Origin: Octopus vulgaris
Taxonomy: Eukaryota
Length of the DNA stretch: 64,000 nucleotides
Reading direction: 5' to 3'
Assembly (NCBI GenBank): GCA_951406725.2
Contig: OX597828.1
Span: 17,608,001-17,672,000 of the forward strand
Made by a program: the position numbers and the translations under genes. Of the stretch, positions 42,018 through 58,437 are shown piece by piece (position 1 is the first letter of the stretch; each line of letters starts with the position of its first letter). Below the pieces are notes generated by a model. The model saw only the letters and a list, made by a program, of their open reading frames with translations. It made no database searches and was not told where the DNA came from.

Positions 42018-43515
42018 GTTAAAGATGGCAACAAACGTTAAGGCAAGACAAACTTCTGAAGTCATATACCTTTTTATTATTGGAAAAATTGAAAGTCCTA
42101 TAGCTATTTCTGTGTTATCCCAGAGTGTGGGATATTCCATCATCGTCTACAAACAGGGAAAATGAAAAGGGTATAGATTAAGGAAATGAAGACACAGAGT
42201 ACAGGAGAAAACGAATAAGGAGATGAAGGAAGAGGAGAAAAAGAAGCATAAATGCTCACAGTTTAACTTTCCGATCCCGTTGAAGTAAGTCCATAAGTCC
42301 TTAAGTGCAATCCTGTTTAAATCCATGTTAGTTAAAGTCCTAATTATGTAAATATCCAGAAATAGACGTGAACATATCAACGTTCAATAACAGAATGGTA
42401 GCAGAATGGTAAAAAGAAAGAAGATTAAAAAAATAGAGAGTTAGAGAGATTGAGGGAGGAAATTAAGGATAAAATAAGGTGTATAAGGATATAATGTATT
42501 AGAATAAAGTGTAGAAAATATCGAAGAAGATAAATAAATAAGCAAATATATAAGGAAAAATAAGGAGAGAGAAGGAGGAGGGAGAAGAGGTAAATGAAGC
42601 TAATATAAAGAAAACAAAATAAAGTAAAATTAAAAACGAATTCAAAGAATAGTAGGTGCTATTCAAGTCAGTAGGGGCTGGGAAGGATATCTAGTAGTAA
42701 GTGCTAGTGGCTCAGGTCAGTGGCCCTAGAGATATTTTTAGCAATGGAGGTATGGGTGTGTATGTAGTCGTGAATGGAGAAACCAGCTGAATGTTAAATT
42801 ATTTAGTAATAAAAGTAAGAATTGAATATTAGGGGAATTATTAAGTTAAAGTTTTAAAATAAATTAAAAATAAATTAACATTTATCTCATAAAGTGATGA
42901 GGTGAGGATGAATTTACATTTGGATTTATGGAAGAATTTAAAAGTGCGGAATTAATTTGTGCTTACATGTTGTGAAGTCTTTGTTGCGCTTGTTAAGCAA
43001 TTGTGGTTCGTTATGGGCTAAAATTTTGAGGACTTCTTTTAAGAAGCCACTGACCTTAGCTACAAGTACTCCACAATTGGAGTGCTGGACCTGATATGGT
43101 ATACCCAAATCTATTATAGCCCAGGAAAGTCTACATAGTATGTTTCTATTAATTATATGGCTGGCTAGTGATGTGGAATTACTGCTCTCTTTATATTTAA
43201 AAGAGTTTAAATGTGCATAATATCTTTGCTTAAAATTTGTGGTAGATCCCTTGTAGTATCTATTGGAGTTAATTACTATGTTGAGAACGGTGCAATGATA
43301 TACGACGTTGAATTTTCTACAATGGGCTTGCAGGGGGCAGTTTGTCCCAGATCTGGACTTGCAGCTATCAGTTTCACGATGGTTAGCTGGAGAGAGAGAT
43401 GAGATAGTGTTACTACAGGACAAGCTAAAGCCTAGGATAGTTATGGGTGAATTGTTCGTGATGTTGCTGTTATCATTGCCGTCATTTCTCCTATCAATAT
43501 CAACGCCACCGTTAC

Positions 43516-43570
<55 letters not shown>

Positions 43571-43632
43571 GCCATTATCGCTCTCGGTATCGCTATTACA
43601 ATTATTATTATTATTACTAGTAATAGTAGCAA

Positions 43633-43722
<90 letters not shown>

Positions 43723-44480
43723 GAGTGTTAGTAGTAGTATAATTTTCAGTAATAGTAATATTGCCCTTGGTGCTAGTATTAATATTATTACTAGTCATAT
43801 TAGTAGATGTAGCATAGGTATTATTAGTTGTAGTGATTATAATATAGTACTCTTAGTATCAGTGTGCCTATTAGACCTTGCGTCGGTTTTGACTGTGTGC
43901 CCGTTACACTCCGAGGTGAGGATTATGTTATGTATGTTTAAGTTATTTAAAGAGGTAGAACCAGGGGCATTGGATATGTTATTGCGATCGGTATTAGTGT
44001 TTTCATTGTGTAGGTCTATGGTAGGTTTGTATGCATTAAGATAGTAAAAGCTAAGGTTACGTTTATTAGATGAGGTGATAATAGATTCTATATTTGGTGT
44101 AGAGGAATAGGATAATTTCAAAGTGGATCTGCTAAAGATAGAATGTTATTTGTGGTTACGTACGAAATTAGAGTCTATTATTTTAAAGAATGTTTTAGCG
44201 AGGCCCTTAAAGTTTAAAGCGAATGGAGGTATATACCAGAGAATAGATCTCTTACTGCTTTTACTAGGTAAATTTGATGAGGTATGATTCATAGTGTATG
44301 TTAGAGGAGAGTTGGAAGGTTTGATATAAGTATTCTTAGATTGAGTGTTGTGCATGTGGATGCTAAGGGTCGAGAGTGTCTAATCATAGCGGGAGGGTTT
44401 GGATATCCAATATGTGTGCGCGCTTGTCTAGGGTTAAGTTTAGAGAGGTGTACTTCAATTCTAGTGTAGGGTATAAATAT
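42012..44480 (-). mobile_element. 5'-truncated Penelope-like retroelement
   Basis: KRSILWYIPPF...HK*HSIFSRSTLKLSYSSTPNIESII region, then GIY-YIG domain and pyrimidine-rich 3' region ending at (TA)n; no reverse transcriptase motifs. Confidence 0.8.
42938..44355 (-). pseudogene. PLE-type GIY-YIG endonuclease ORF remnant (one stop, one frameshift)
   Basis: CPLQAHC..VVYHC..YYKGSTTNFKQRYYAHLNSF..STSLASHI..W..LLNKR..CKH. Confidence 0.8.
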
Positions 44481-44799
44481 AATTTCTGGGAGAAAACATA
44501 TATTTCGACCCTCGAATGGATAAAAGGCAAAGTCGACCTCGGCAAGAGTTGAACTCAGAACGTATAGACAGACGAAATACTGCTACGCACTTTGCTCGGC
44601 ATATTAACTATTATGCCAGCTCACAGCCTTAAATGTACTCGAAATAATGCGCTGCTGTAATAATGAAATATATAAAGAAACACATATAATACGTAGAACC
44701 CGATGATGGTTCCTTTATATCCACGTAACATAGCAAAACACAACGATAGATTGTAATGACGTCTTCGGGGTGATGCCTCAGTACGGCCGCAATTTAATA

Positions 44800-45365
44800 G
44801 CTACTTGCTTACGAACCACATGGCTCCAGGTTCAGTCTCACTGCGTGGCACCTTGGGCGAGTGTCTTCTACTATAGCCTCGGGCCGACCAAAGCCTTCTG
44901 AGTGGATTTGGTAGACAGAAGCTGAAAGAAGCCCGTCGTATATATGTATAGGAGTGGCTGTGTGGTAAGTAGCTTGCTAACCAACCACATGGTTCCGGGT
45001 TCAGTCCCACTGCGTGGCATCTTGGGCAAATGTCTTCTGCTATAGCCCCGGGCCGACCAATGCCTTGTGAGTGGATTTGGTAGACGGAAACTGAAAGAAG
45101 CCTGTCGTATATATGTATATATATATAAGTGTGTGTGTATATGTTTGTGTGTCTGTGTTTGTCCCCCTAGCATTGCTTGACAACCGATGCTAGTATGTTT
45201 ACGTTTCTGTAACTTAGCGGTTCGGCAAAAAGAGAACCGACAGAATAAGTACTAGGCTTACAAAGAATAAGTACTAGGGGGGCCATTTGCTCGACTAAAG
45301 GCGGTGCTCCAGCATGGCCACAGTCAAATGGCTGAAACAACTAAAAGAGTAAAAGAGAGCAAGAG
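44800..45365 (+). mobile_element. SINE family A with duplicated 5' half
   Basis: Two consecutive head-plus-core units, then tail. Confidence 0.88.
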
Positions 45366-45539
45366 TAAATGCTAATGATAGCTGTTGTTACTTTTGATGC
45401 TGTAAGACATTAAGAACTCAGACACGCAATGATCGAATGAAACTATGATTAGAAACAATCCCATCTCTCTTGTAGAGATGTGGTACCGACTTTTATATTA
45501 GACACTATCTATTACATTAGCCACTATCGGTTCTCAACT

Positions 45540-45925
45540 TGGAAGCACTCCGTCGGTAACGACGATGAGGGTTCCGGTTGATCCGAATCAATGGAGCAGC
45601 CTGCTCGTGAAATTAACGTGTAAGTGGCTGAGCACTCCACAGACACGTGCACCTTTAACGTAGTTCTCGGGGATATTCAGCGTGTCACAGAGAGTGACAA
45701 GGCCGGCCCCTTGAAATACAGGTACAACAGAAACAGGAAGTAAGAGTGAGAGAAAGTTGTGGTGAAAGAGTACAGCAGGGATCACCAGCATCCCCTGCCG
45801 GAGCCTCGTGGAGCTTTTAGGTGTTTTCGCTCAATAAACACTCACAACGCCCGGTCTGGGAATCGAAACCACGATCCCATGACCGCGAGTCCGCTGCCCT
45901 AACCACTGGGCCATTGCGCCTCCAC
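45540..45925 (-). mobile_element. SINE family C with tail type 1, full length with TSD
   Basis: GGTTCTCAACT at 45529 and 45928. Confidence 0.92.
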
Positions 45926-46049
45926 GAGGTTCTCAACTACGGTTCATATGGCTCTTGAGATCCACATAAGATTTTGTTGTTAAAATTTACGTGCAATAAA
46001 TTGATTATTCCACAATACACAAAATATTTCAAGAATTATTTTTTTACAT

Positions 46050-46495
46050 AGGCGCAGGAGTGACTGTGTGGTAAGTCGATTGCTTACCAGCCACATGGTT
46101 TCGGGTTCAATCCCACTGCGTGACACCTTGGGCAAGTGTCTTCTACTATAGCCTCGGGCCGCCCAAGGCTTTGTGAATGGATTTGGTAGACGGAAACTGA
46201 AAGAATCCCATCATATATATATGTATATATGTATGTGTATATATATATATATATATATAAATATATATGAATGTGTGTGTATGTGTTTGTGTTTTTGCCC
46301 CCCGCCCCCCGACATCGCTTGACAACTGATGCTGGTGTGTTTATGTCGCCCTAACTTAGCGGCTCGGCAAAAGGTACCGATAGAATAAGTACTAGGCTTA
46401 CACAGAATAAGTCCTGGGGTCGATTTGCTCGAGTAAAGGTGGTGCTCCAGCATGGCCGCAGTCAAATGACTGAAACAAATGAAAAGAATAATAGA
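46050..46495 (+). mobile_element. SINE family A, full length
   Basis: Same structure as 29608. Confidence 0.9.
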
Positions 46496-46808
46496 AAGAA
46501 CACATTCCTTAATATTTTTGTTATAAAAATATAATAGAAATTGCTTTAAACATCGATTGGCTATGATTGATCATCCGAGTAAAATAGACATCAAAAGGGT
46601 CCAGAGGAAAAAATGGTTGCGAACCACTTGTCTACATCATTAAAAACAGGCGGGTATTATATCAGGGTGAGTTTAGCTGCTGTTTCTAGTAGAGCAATAG
46701 TCTACGTTGGCATACCATAATTTTGAACAGATTATTAGTATAAACTCTCTGTAGGTACCAGTTGACATTTGATCATACCTTTCTCGTGCAGAAACAGCAA
46801 ACATTATA

Positions 46809-47358
46809 TTGGGTTGTCCGGAAAGTTCGTGCCGATTTTTAAAGGAAAAAGGTCAGTAAATATTTTTAAACAACCAAATATGAACCATTTTGTTACAGAA
46901 TGCGTCTCCATCTTTCCTTCAGCTTGAAAATACCCTCTTCCCAGAATTGAGGTGGCTTCATGGCAAAGAATTCATCAAGGTATATTTGTACGTCATCCAG
47001 GAATTGACATTTTTACTATTAAGACTATTCTATAGAGACCTGAATAAGTGGAAATCCGAAGGAACAATATCTGGTAAATATGGAGGATGGGGTAACACAT
47101 CCAAGCCGAGATGCAGCAATTTTTTGTCTGGTTTCCAAAGCATCAAGTGCCGAAAATGAACTTTCTTATCTTCCATTTTAAAGGGTTACAGAATTAACAC
47201 AGGTTATAGGAACATAAGCCTTCTTCCACGAAAAGATAGCTTAAACTGTGCTCTAAAAGGAGGTGTAGTCAAATCCTATTTTATGGACTCAACGATGTTC
47301 TAAAATAAGTTGAAAGGTAAGCTACTATAAATCGGCACGAACTTTCCGGACAACCCAA
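46809..47358 (-). mobile_element. Internally deleted mariner element
   Basis: 30-bp perfect TIRs TTGGGTTGTCCGGAAAGTTCGTGCCGATTT, TA TSD on both sides, decayed transposase C-terminus. Confidence 0.92.
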
Positions 47359-47754
47359 TACATAATATCAAATGTGTTTCCTTCTTTTCTAACTCAGTAT
47401 TATCTAGTTTGAAGGAGGATATTTGACTGTTATTTTTGCTGATCGAGTTAGCACACAGAGCCTTCCTCGTTGTCTCTATCACATACTGTCAATTATTCAA
47501 GTGTGAAATTAATATTTCTGAAACCCCGTGTTGTATATTATATCTGAACAGGATTTTAAATATTATACTACATAGATTTATACGATAATGACTGACGTTC
47601 ATGCTCATAGGCAAATATGCAACGTGACTTTTATTAAAGTAACGGCCCCAGGGTTTTTTTTAATTAATTTTGCGTCCCAACTGGTGAACAATATTGGTAA
47701 CAGGTAACTAGTGGTTCAGTCACTGGTATTTCCGATGGACGGAGAGAAATACAA

Positions 47755-47818
47755 AAGAAGCGTCCGTGTAACTTGATGCAGAACAAATATCACAAGGGGT
47801 GTGTTCGAAAATTATATA

Positions 47819-47892
<74 letters not shown>

Positions 47893-48031
47893 TTAAAGAA
47901 GCAAACGAGTGCACATATAGACATGTAGCACATGCATATGTACATACATGCATACATACATACATAAGAAGCGTCCGTGTAACTTGATGCAGAACAAATA
48001 TCACAAGGGGTGTGTTCGAAAATTATATATG

Positions 48032-48117
<86 letters not shown>

Positions 48118-48195
48118 TTAAAGAAGCAAACGAGTGCACATATAGACATGTAGCACATGCATATGTACATACATGCATACATACATACATACATA
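47755..48195. repeat. Tandem duplication, ~211 bp unit
   Basis: Two units identical apart from (TA)n length. Confidence 0.9.
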
Positions 48196-49273
48196 CACAC
48201 ATATATACATACATGCATGCATGCATACCTACATTCATGCATACAAACATACAAGCATACATACATGCATACATACGCATCACGGTACACACATACAGAG
48301 GAAAGAAAAGTAGGAGGAAGAGGGGAGGAAGAGTATGAAGAAGAACAACAACAGCAGCAGTAGCAGAAGAGGAGGAGGAGGAGGAGGGGGAAGAAGAAGA
48401 AGAAGAAGAAGAAGAAGAAGAAGAAGAAGAAGAAGAAGAAGAAATTTTACCCATATCTTGAACATATTTACAGTTACAAAAATCTGAATAATTGTGAATA
48501 ATATGGGTGCAATGCCTGGAACTTGGTGGAGGGGTTCCAGTCCGTTACAATTACCACAGTACTTGAATGGTACTTTACTGTGTCGACTCCTAAGGAAATC
48601 TTAATTATAAAAATAAGATATTCTGGCAATGGAACATGAGTTGGTCTTCATAGATGGAGAAGATTTTAAGAACACTAAAATCACTATAGAATTGAATAGT
48701 TTCAAACTTTGGCCTAAGCGGAACAGTTTTAAGGAAGGTGGTAAATCTATTATATCAATTCCAGCGCTCGATCCCGAAAGAGTTGAAAGCAAAAAACAAC
48801 ATTGGCAGGGTTTGAAGCCAGAACGTAACGCTGGACGAAATGACGCTAATCTTTATATCTGTCTAATCGCCGCCTTAACAGAATTGAATAATAATTTGGG
48901 AGTTGTGTTTGTATTAAGAAGGGATTTCATCTGTTACTCTGTGTTGAAGCTGAAGCAATAACGTTAGGTTAGAGAGATATTAGCTACTTAAAAATTTGGA
49001 TACCTTAATACATAATTGGCAGTAAATTCAACAGGTTTTAATCTGTGCTTTAATTTTTTTTTTAAATGGCTCTTTTGCGACAGATGGGAATTCTAATCTT
49101 ATAAATCAAAGCAACAAACTGTAAGAAAATGTTCGAAAGAGAAAGACTTTGATTTGAACCCGCGTCAAAAATATAATTTTGGTTAACTTTGCTAGGCAGC
49201 ACAAAGGGGTGTATATTAATATATATACACGTGTGTGTTTTTGTGAGTACATGTATATGTACTCCACACACAT

Positions 49274-49321
<48 letters not shown>

Positions 49322-49373
49322 GGCGGATGCTATCTTTCTATGTATGAATGTATACAGAGTGAGAGATATAGAA

Positions 49374-49408
<35 letters not shown>

Positions 49409-50062
49409 CGTATTTATTATATAATCTCACACGTAAATTTGGAAATATAAAATGCAATTGGGATGTTTTTGTTTTGTTTTTTATTTTTTTGGTTTTCTTT
49501 TTTTCGTTAAAGCAACAATTTAGGACATTTCTCAAATAATCAGATGAGAGACTCCTTCTAACATGTGAATGGCTTTAAGCCCTCCCGCAAAAAAAGAGAA
49601 AATAAAAAGAAAAAAAGAAGGATATCAACAAAATAAAACCAAATCGAAATAACTAATATGAAACATGCAAGCAGTGAAATATCAATTATTGATATGGTAG
49701 AGGAAAAATTGTAGTTCTAATGCAGGTTGCATATCTTGTATAACTTGCAGCAGTTTAAAAAGACAAAAAACAAACATACACTGATATCAAATAATGAATT
49801 ATATGAAAAATACCTTGCTTATTTTTTATATATATATTTTGAGGTAGAAGGAGAACGTAGAGGAAAGTAGCATTCACATTACATTAAATACTGAATATTC
49901 CTCTCTTGATTGTCAGCAGAATTAGGGAGTCGATATTTTTTAAAATACAATCTAGTCTTTCTAAGATTAAGATTGCTTCTCCAGCTAACATTCTTCTCGT
50001 TTACATCTACCTTCATTTAATAACTAGCAGGAGTTGAACTATACATCAACCACGCTATTTTG

Positions 50063-50078
50063 AGCGCCACCTGCTGAC
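50063..50078 (-). promoter_or_regulatory. Candidate CTCF-like motif
   Basis: GTCAGCAGGTGGCGCT resembles CCASYAGRKGGCRS; lies in a repeat-poor island. Confidence 0.3.
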
Positions 50079-51737
50079 ATTTTCACTTCAGGGGGGCTTA
50101 ACTTGTTCATCTATATAATTCTTGCAAGTTGGTATTTTTAATAGGGATGTTGGAATTGTAATACGCTTAAAGTAACGACTTTGCACGATATAAAAATTAG
50201 CTTTTTTTTTTCCCCGAATCTAAATCAGAGAAGAAAAAGAAAACGGACGAGAATGGGTGGTAGGGCAAGGAGGGAAGATGAACATGAAAATGAAGATGTT
50301 TCCCAAAGAAGCCTTGGGAAAGGAAAATATTTTGATATGATGTACCGTGACAAGATTTTAGAATATCAACAAAGTACAAATGAGGTTTCACATCAAATGC
50401 TATTACTTAGTAAAAATTTGCGGGAACGTTTTCCGTGAAATGCAAGAAGAGGTTTTTGTTGAAAAGATATTAAATATTTTTTCGCCTTCTAGGCGAAATA
50501 TTTCATACTTAGTGAAACACAAGGGAGTTAGCTTTCCATATAGATCATCACAAATACACACTTACAACGCCTAGCAGGAGGTATCATTTAAACACGCGCG
50601 ACAAAGATAAATATTGATAACTATTTATAATTTTTCGTTGCTATTTGTCACTTACATGAATATTTACACAAATAACACATGTATTTCCTTTAAGTGATTA
50701 ATGAGAAAACAGCGTTGGAGTAGCATTGCTGCAGTCGTATTTCTCGCAGTTATATTTTATTTTCTACAATGGCTTGTCAGCAGACACACAATCAAAAAAT
50801 ATATTCATTACAGAATTAATTTGTTGGAGATATTAAACTGCTTTCATTTAGTATATCGTTATTAAAATTAACGACCATACACATATATCAAATATATACA
50901 TTTATCTAAGTTTTCCTATTGTTCAACATTTAATCCCAGAATACATTGCTAATATAAAATTATTACTGATAGATCCTTGTTTAATGAAATTTAGAAATTC
51001 TTTTCCATTTTTCCATATTACAAATAGAGAAATAGTAACTATTGTCTCGTATAAAGTTACTAGAGAAAATAATTAATTCTAAATTTATATCAAATTTATA
51101 ATAATTATGGAATTGAGAAAAATAAGTAATCTATTGGTTTAATTGAAAATATCATTTCGATAAAGCAATTTGTTTTGCCGTATGCTTCCATATGTGTTCA
51201 TGTGATATATCTCCATTAACATATATACGTTCATCAGATATATTCTGATGTGTGTTAAATGCGAAACGCTGCATTATGTAAAAAGATTGGTACGATTTTA
51301 TACACACATACGTGCTTGCGAACATACATACATACATACATACATACATACATACATACATACATACATACATACATACATACATACGTACAGACATACA
51401 TACATATATATACTTACGGCTTCATATCTATCTTTATCGGAGCAGCAGAATACATACCAACCCGTTTCGAGCAAAGTATGGCTGAACTTGGGATGTTGGG
51501 GAGAGAACACAAATCCTTAATTCATACTCTACTTCAGATTTGAAGGATAATGGTTAAAAGAAGATACGTTCCTTCACAACCTTGCTACCAGTTAGGTGGC
51601 CGGTCAAAATTTACACTAAATTAAAAGACAGTGAACATACATACATACACACACACACAAACACACACACACACACACACACACATACATACATACATGC
51701 ATACATACATACATACATACATACATACATACATACA

Positions 51738-51768
<31 letters not shown>

Positions 51769-51771
51769 GTA

Positions 51772-51960
51772 TAGGGAGAGTTTACGAAACAAACAAAAGA
51801 CGAAGATATGTGGTGTACAAAACAAACAGATGTATTAATATAACGCTCGGGAATAGAAAAAGTCTTTTACGTTTCGATTCTACGCTCTTCTACAGAAAGG
51901 GACACAGAAAAAACAAGGAGAGAAAGAATGTGTGTAGTAGCTAGCGATCTATCATGGTGA
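51772..51960 (-). mobile_element. Family H3 element
   Basis: Homologous to 4101-4260; motif at 51864-51899. Confidence 0.6.
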
Positions 51961-53109
51961 CATATGTATAGATGCATACCTACCGTTATTGGAGCAGCAG
52001 GATGGATACAAACCCATCTGGAAAGAAGTATGGCTGAACATTTGTGATCTTTAGAGAAGAAAGCAAATCGTACCCTACAAATGATCACGATATCAGGAAC
52101 AATAAAAGTCTGCAAGACCTTCTTAACATTTGAACAAAAGAAAATGATTTCTTTCACAACCTTGCTATCAAGTAGGTGGCCGGATAATATTTACACTAAA
52201 TTTTTAAAAAGAGAATATACGTACTTACATACATAACATACATACGTACATTTAGATATATATGAGCATGTCTATGTATGCATGAGAATACATACACAAA
52301 ACGAAACATACCGATGTGCACATATACATACATACAAACAAAAATTCCCTGTCGTTGGTGCTGAAATTCCAATTAGGGGGCCTTAGATCTTAGAAGACGG
52401 TTCTTTTTCAAATGGCAAAATATCTTGAAAGAAAACTGAACAATGTCATACATACATACATAAATACATACATACATACATGCATACATACATACATACA
52501 TACATACATACATACATACATACATACATACATACATACATACATACATACATACATACAAACATACATACATACGTATGTTAGTGTGTATTTTCGTTCA
52601 ATTATTCGTTTAATTATAGTCATTCAATTGGGGTAGCGATTTGAACGGCTTACTCGAACAAATCGAATAGTAGTAGTAGTAGTGGTAGTAGTAGTAGTGG
52701 TGGTGGTGGTAGTAGTAGTAGTGGTGGTGGTGGTGGCGGTAGTAATACAAGGACGTTAACAAACCATGGTAGTGGTGGTTGTCAAATATTGAGGAGACAA
52801 GCTGAAAGACACACACACACACACACATATATATATGCGCATACACACACACACCCAAACAACACCACACAGCACCACGCCAAACACCACCATACCATAC
52901 CACATCACACCACCCCGCACATACTAGCACTGACCACTTTCCAACACCCACATCATCATCCACACACCCACACCTGCACACACGCACACGTCAAGGTCAC
53001 CAGCCCCCTTCAACATGCTCATATACGCTCTCACATACAGACGCACACGCAACTTCATTTTAGGATCACCACTACTTTATTATCTCTCCTTCTTCCTCTG
53101 TGACCCCTT

Positions 53110-53310
53110 TGTTCAGCATTCGGTATGATAAATTGCTAGCCACAAATTCTATTTTATTTTCTCACCCTATTTATTTCTCTGTTCCTTTCTATCGAAGAGC
53201 GTAGGCTCGAGACGTAAAAGACTTTCTCACTTCCTGAGCGTTAAACTAATACATGTTTGTTGTTTACTCAACCGTCTTCGTCTATTGTTTTTTGTAAATT
53301 CTCACTATAT
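53110..53310 (+). mobile_element. Family H3 element
   Basis: Motif at 53185-53220; 3' end at (TA)n. Confidence 0.6.
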
Positions 53311-53334
53311 ATATATATATATATATATACGTGT

Positions 53335-53542
53335 ATTTTACTTGTTTCAGTCATTTAACTGTGGCCATAGTGGAGCACCGCCTTTAGTCGAGCAGATCGA
53401 CCCCAGGACTTATTCTTTGTAAGCCTAGTACTTTTTCCGAAGCGCTAAGTTACGGGGACGTAAATACACTAGCATCGGTTGTCGAGCGATGTTTGGGGGG
53501 ACAAACACACACACACAAACTTAAACACACACATGCAAACAT

Positions 53543-53575
<33 letters not shown>

Positions 53576-53732
53576 CATATATACGACGGGCTTCTTTCAG
53601 TTTCCGTCTACCGAATCAACTCACAAGGCTTTGGTCGGTCCGAGGCTATAGTAGAAGGTGTCACTCAGTGGGACTGAACCCGGAACCATGTGGTTGGTAA
53701 GCAAGCTACCTACCACACAGCCACTTCTACGC

Positions 53733-53735
<3 letters not shown>
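53335..53735 (-). mobile_element. SINE family A
   Basis: Reverse complement of head to tail. Confidence 0.85.
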
Positions 53736-53768
<33 letters not shown>

Positions 53769-54077
53769 GCACTGAACGGGATTCCACATAATTTCTGCAT
53801 ACCAAATTCACTTAGAAAATTAGTCGATCCGGAGCCGAAAAGACAATTTTTCAAAACACTGCACAGTGAAACCACACGGTTGCAAAACGATCTTCTTTAG
53901 CAAACCGCCATCCCTACATCCGTAATATTTACATTTGCAACAACAATGCATCGCTCGTTTAGATTCTTAAACATCCTTTGCCCCGATTGCAAAGATGGAT
54001 GTTGTTCATGCTTTTATAGTTTACTACTCATTATTAGATACACTGTCAGACGAAACGACATCTTCCATCTTTTTTTA

Positions 54078-54390
54078 ACTACAACTACTACTACTAGTAG
54101 TAGTTGTGGTGGTGGTGGTATTAGTATTAGTATTAGTAGCGGTATTAGTAGTGGTAGTAGTAGTGGTGGTGGTGGTGGTGGTGGTGGTAGTATTAGTAGT
54201 GGTAGTAGTAGTGGTAGTAGTAGTAATAATAGTAGTAGTAGTAGTAGTAGTGGTAGTAGTAGTAGTGGTGGTGGTGGTAGTAGTAGTAGTGGTGGTGGTG
54301 GTGGCGGTAGTAATAGTAGTAGTGGTGGTGGTGGTGGTGATGGTAGTGGTGGTGGTGGTGATGGTAGTGGTGGTGGTAGAAGTAGTAGTA
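54078..54390. repeat. (AGT)n/(GGT)n trinucleotide mosaic
   Basis: Direct reading. Confidence 0.95.
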
Positions 54391-54718
54391 GAGATCGGCA
54401 TCACACCAAATAAATAAATATCTCACCTACACCCATCCACTACATACACATTCTGCTATTTTATTTGCAATAAATCCCTCCCTCCCTCTCTCTCTCCTCT
54501 CTCTTTCTCTTTCTTTCTCTTACACCTTCCACCTTTCTCTTCCCTTCCCATCTCTCTCTTCCCTTCCATCTCTCTCTCTCTGATACACACACAAACACAC
54601 ACACACACACACAAACGCACATACGTAAAGGCACACATGTCTTTTTCTCTCTCTTCCTCTCTCTATTTCTTTCTGTCTCTATCACAGTTTCTCTTCCACA
54701 CACACTCTTTCTCCCTCC

Positions 54719-54752
<34 letters not shown>

Positions 54753-55769
54753 GACACACATACATTCTCTCTATCCATCTTTCTAAATCTATACCTCTTT
54801 CTCTCACTCCCTCTCTCTCAACCATTCTCTCTCTCTCTCTTTATTTCTCTCTTTCTCTGACACAGACACACTCACACACACTCTCTCTCAACCATTCTTT
54901 CTCTCTCTCTCTCTCTCTCTGTCTTTATTTCTCTGATAATCACCCTATTTCTCTGAATCTCTCTCTCTCTTTTTTTTTATTTCTATGAATCTCTCTCTCT
55001 GTCTCTTTATTTCTATGAATCTATCTCTCTTTCTTTCTCTGATGCACACACACACTCACTCAAACACACACACACTGACACACACGCCTTTCCCTTCTTC
55101 CTCTCCCCTCTCTCTCTCACCCTATCTATCTTTCCCTGTCCCTCTCCGTCTCCTTTCTGGCGCTCTCACAAGCTGTCTTGCTAAATATTTAACTGAACAT
55201 TCCTTCTTTAAAACTAAATTGCTCGGCGTTAGTCCCTCCTTGCTCATATTTCATTCGGAAACAACTACTAACCTAAAATAATTCATATTAAACATTAACC
55301 GCATTAATCTCACATAAATTCTCTACAGCTTAGTTTAGTTATACGTTCATTTCTTTATTTTGGAGGGGCGACAAGCTAACAGACCAGTTTTTTTCCAAAC
55401 TGGCAGCTACAGACATAGTATCGTACACCACCCTCTGTCTGTCTGTCTCTCTCCATCGCTCTTCCCCTCTCTCTTACTCTCCTTCCCTCACTCCTCACCC
55501 TTCTTTCTCATACGCGCTTCAGATTAGCAAATATTTTCCCGGAAATGAGACATATATGAATGAATTGGTGCAGATATATCATAAACGCTTATAAAGGGTT
55601 AAATACAATTCGGAAGGCAAACAGATATTCTTCGAATAAGTACGTTCTAAACATATATACAGTGTTACGTGCACAAACACACACACACACACATAACCAG
55701 CCGAAATTTCAAAGATAATCTGGAACTCGACTGAGAAGACTCCAAACGAACAGTCCTTGTTTTCTTGGT

Positions 55770-56057
55770 CCGGTGGTAAGGGCAGCGGTCTCGCGGTCGT
55801 AGGATCGCGGTTTCGATTCCCAGACCGGGCGTTGAGAGTGTTTATTGAGCGAAAACACCTAAAGCTCCACGAAGCTCCGGCAGGGGGTGGTGGCGATCCC
55901 TGCTGTACTCTTTCGCCACAACATTCCCTCACACTTTCATCTGTTGGCCTGCTCGCTTAGCCAGCGAGGTGGCGTCATTTGAAGGCTAAAACAATGCCAA
56001 GATGCATTGTGACCAGCGATGTGTAGCAACATCTGATAGCCTGGTCGGTCACGTCAT

Positions 56058-56060
<3 letters not shown>
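55770..56060 (+). mobile_element. SINE family C with tail type 2
   Basis: Homologous to 38421-38699. Confidence 0.85.
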
Positions 56061-56103
<43 letters not shown>

Positions 56104-56314
56104 TGTACGTACATATATTTATATGTTATTTTTTTAGGGCAAATGTCTCCTATTCTTTTTGTTGGCTAACGCCTGTTATTCCCGACCTTCTGAGTAATCT
56201 TATGGGATGCGTATATATGCGGAACGCCTTAAACCCTTGGATAAATTAGGATAAATATAGTAATATTTAATAATAGCATATGGATGCGAAAACGTCCTCA
56301 CAAATTAAACATGT

Positions 56315-56354
<40 letters not shown>

Positions 56355-56374
56355 CATACATACATCTACATACA

Positions 56375-56417
<43 letters not shown>

Positions 56418-56521
56418 GTGTTTGTATATATATGCATATATATGTTATTATATATATATATATATATATAGTCCGTGATTCGGGTTAACCACAGTAAGTA
56501 GGTACTCAATACATGAAGTAG

Positions 56522-58430
<1,909 letters not shown>

Positions 58431-58437
58431 AGTAGTA

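Larger units (their letters stand above)
45525..46630. mobile_element. Possible hAT-type MITE with nested SINEs
   Basis: GGTTCTCAAC left end and GGTTGCGAACCACT right end resemble CAGTGGTTCTCAAC-type TIRs. Confidence 0.4.

Noticed and set aside
50228-50383. Plus-strand exon candidate RRKRKRTRMGG...
   Set aside because: Weak donor and no partner exons
53946-54413. Gly/Ser-rich ORF resembling a structural protein
   Set aside because: AGT/GGT microsatellite, open in several frames
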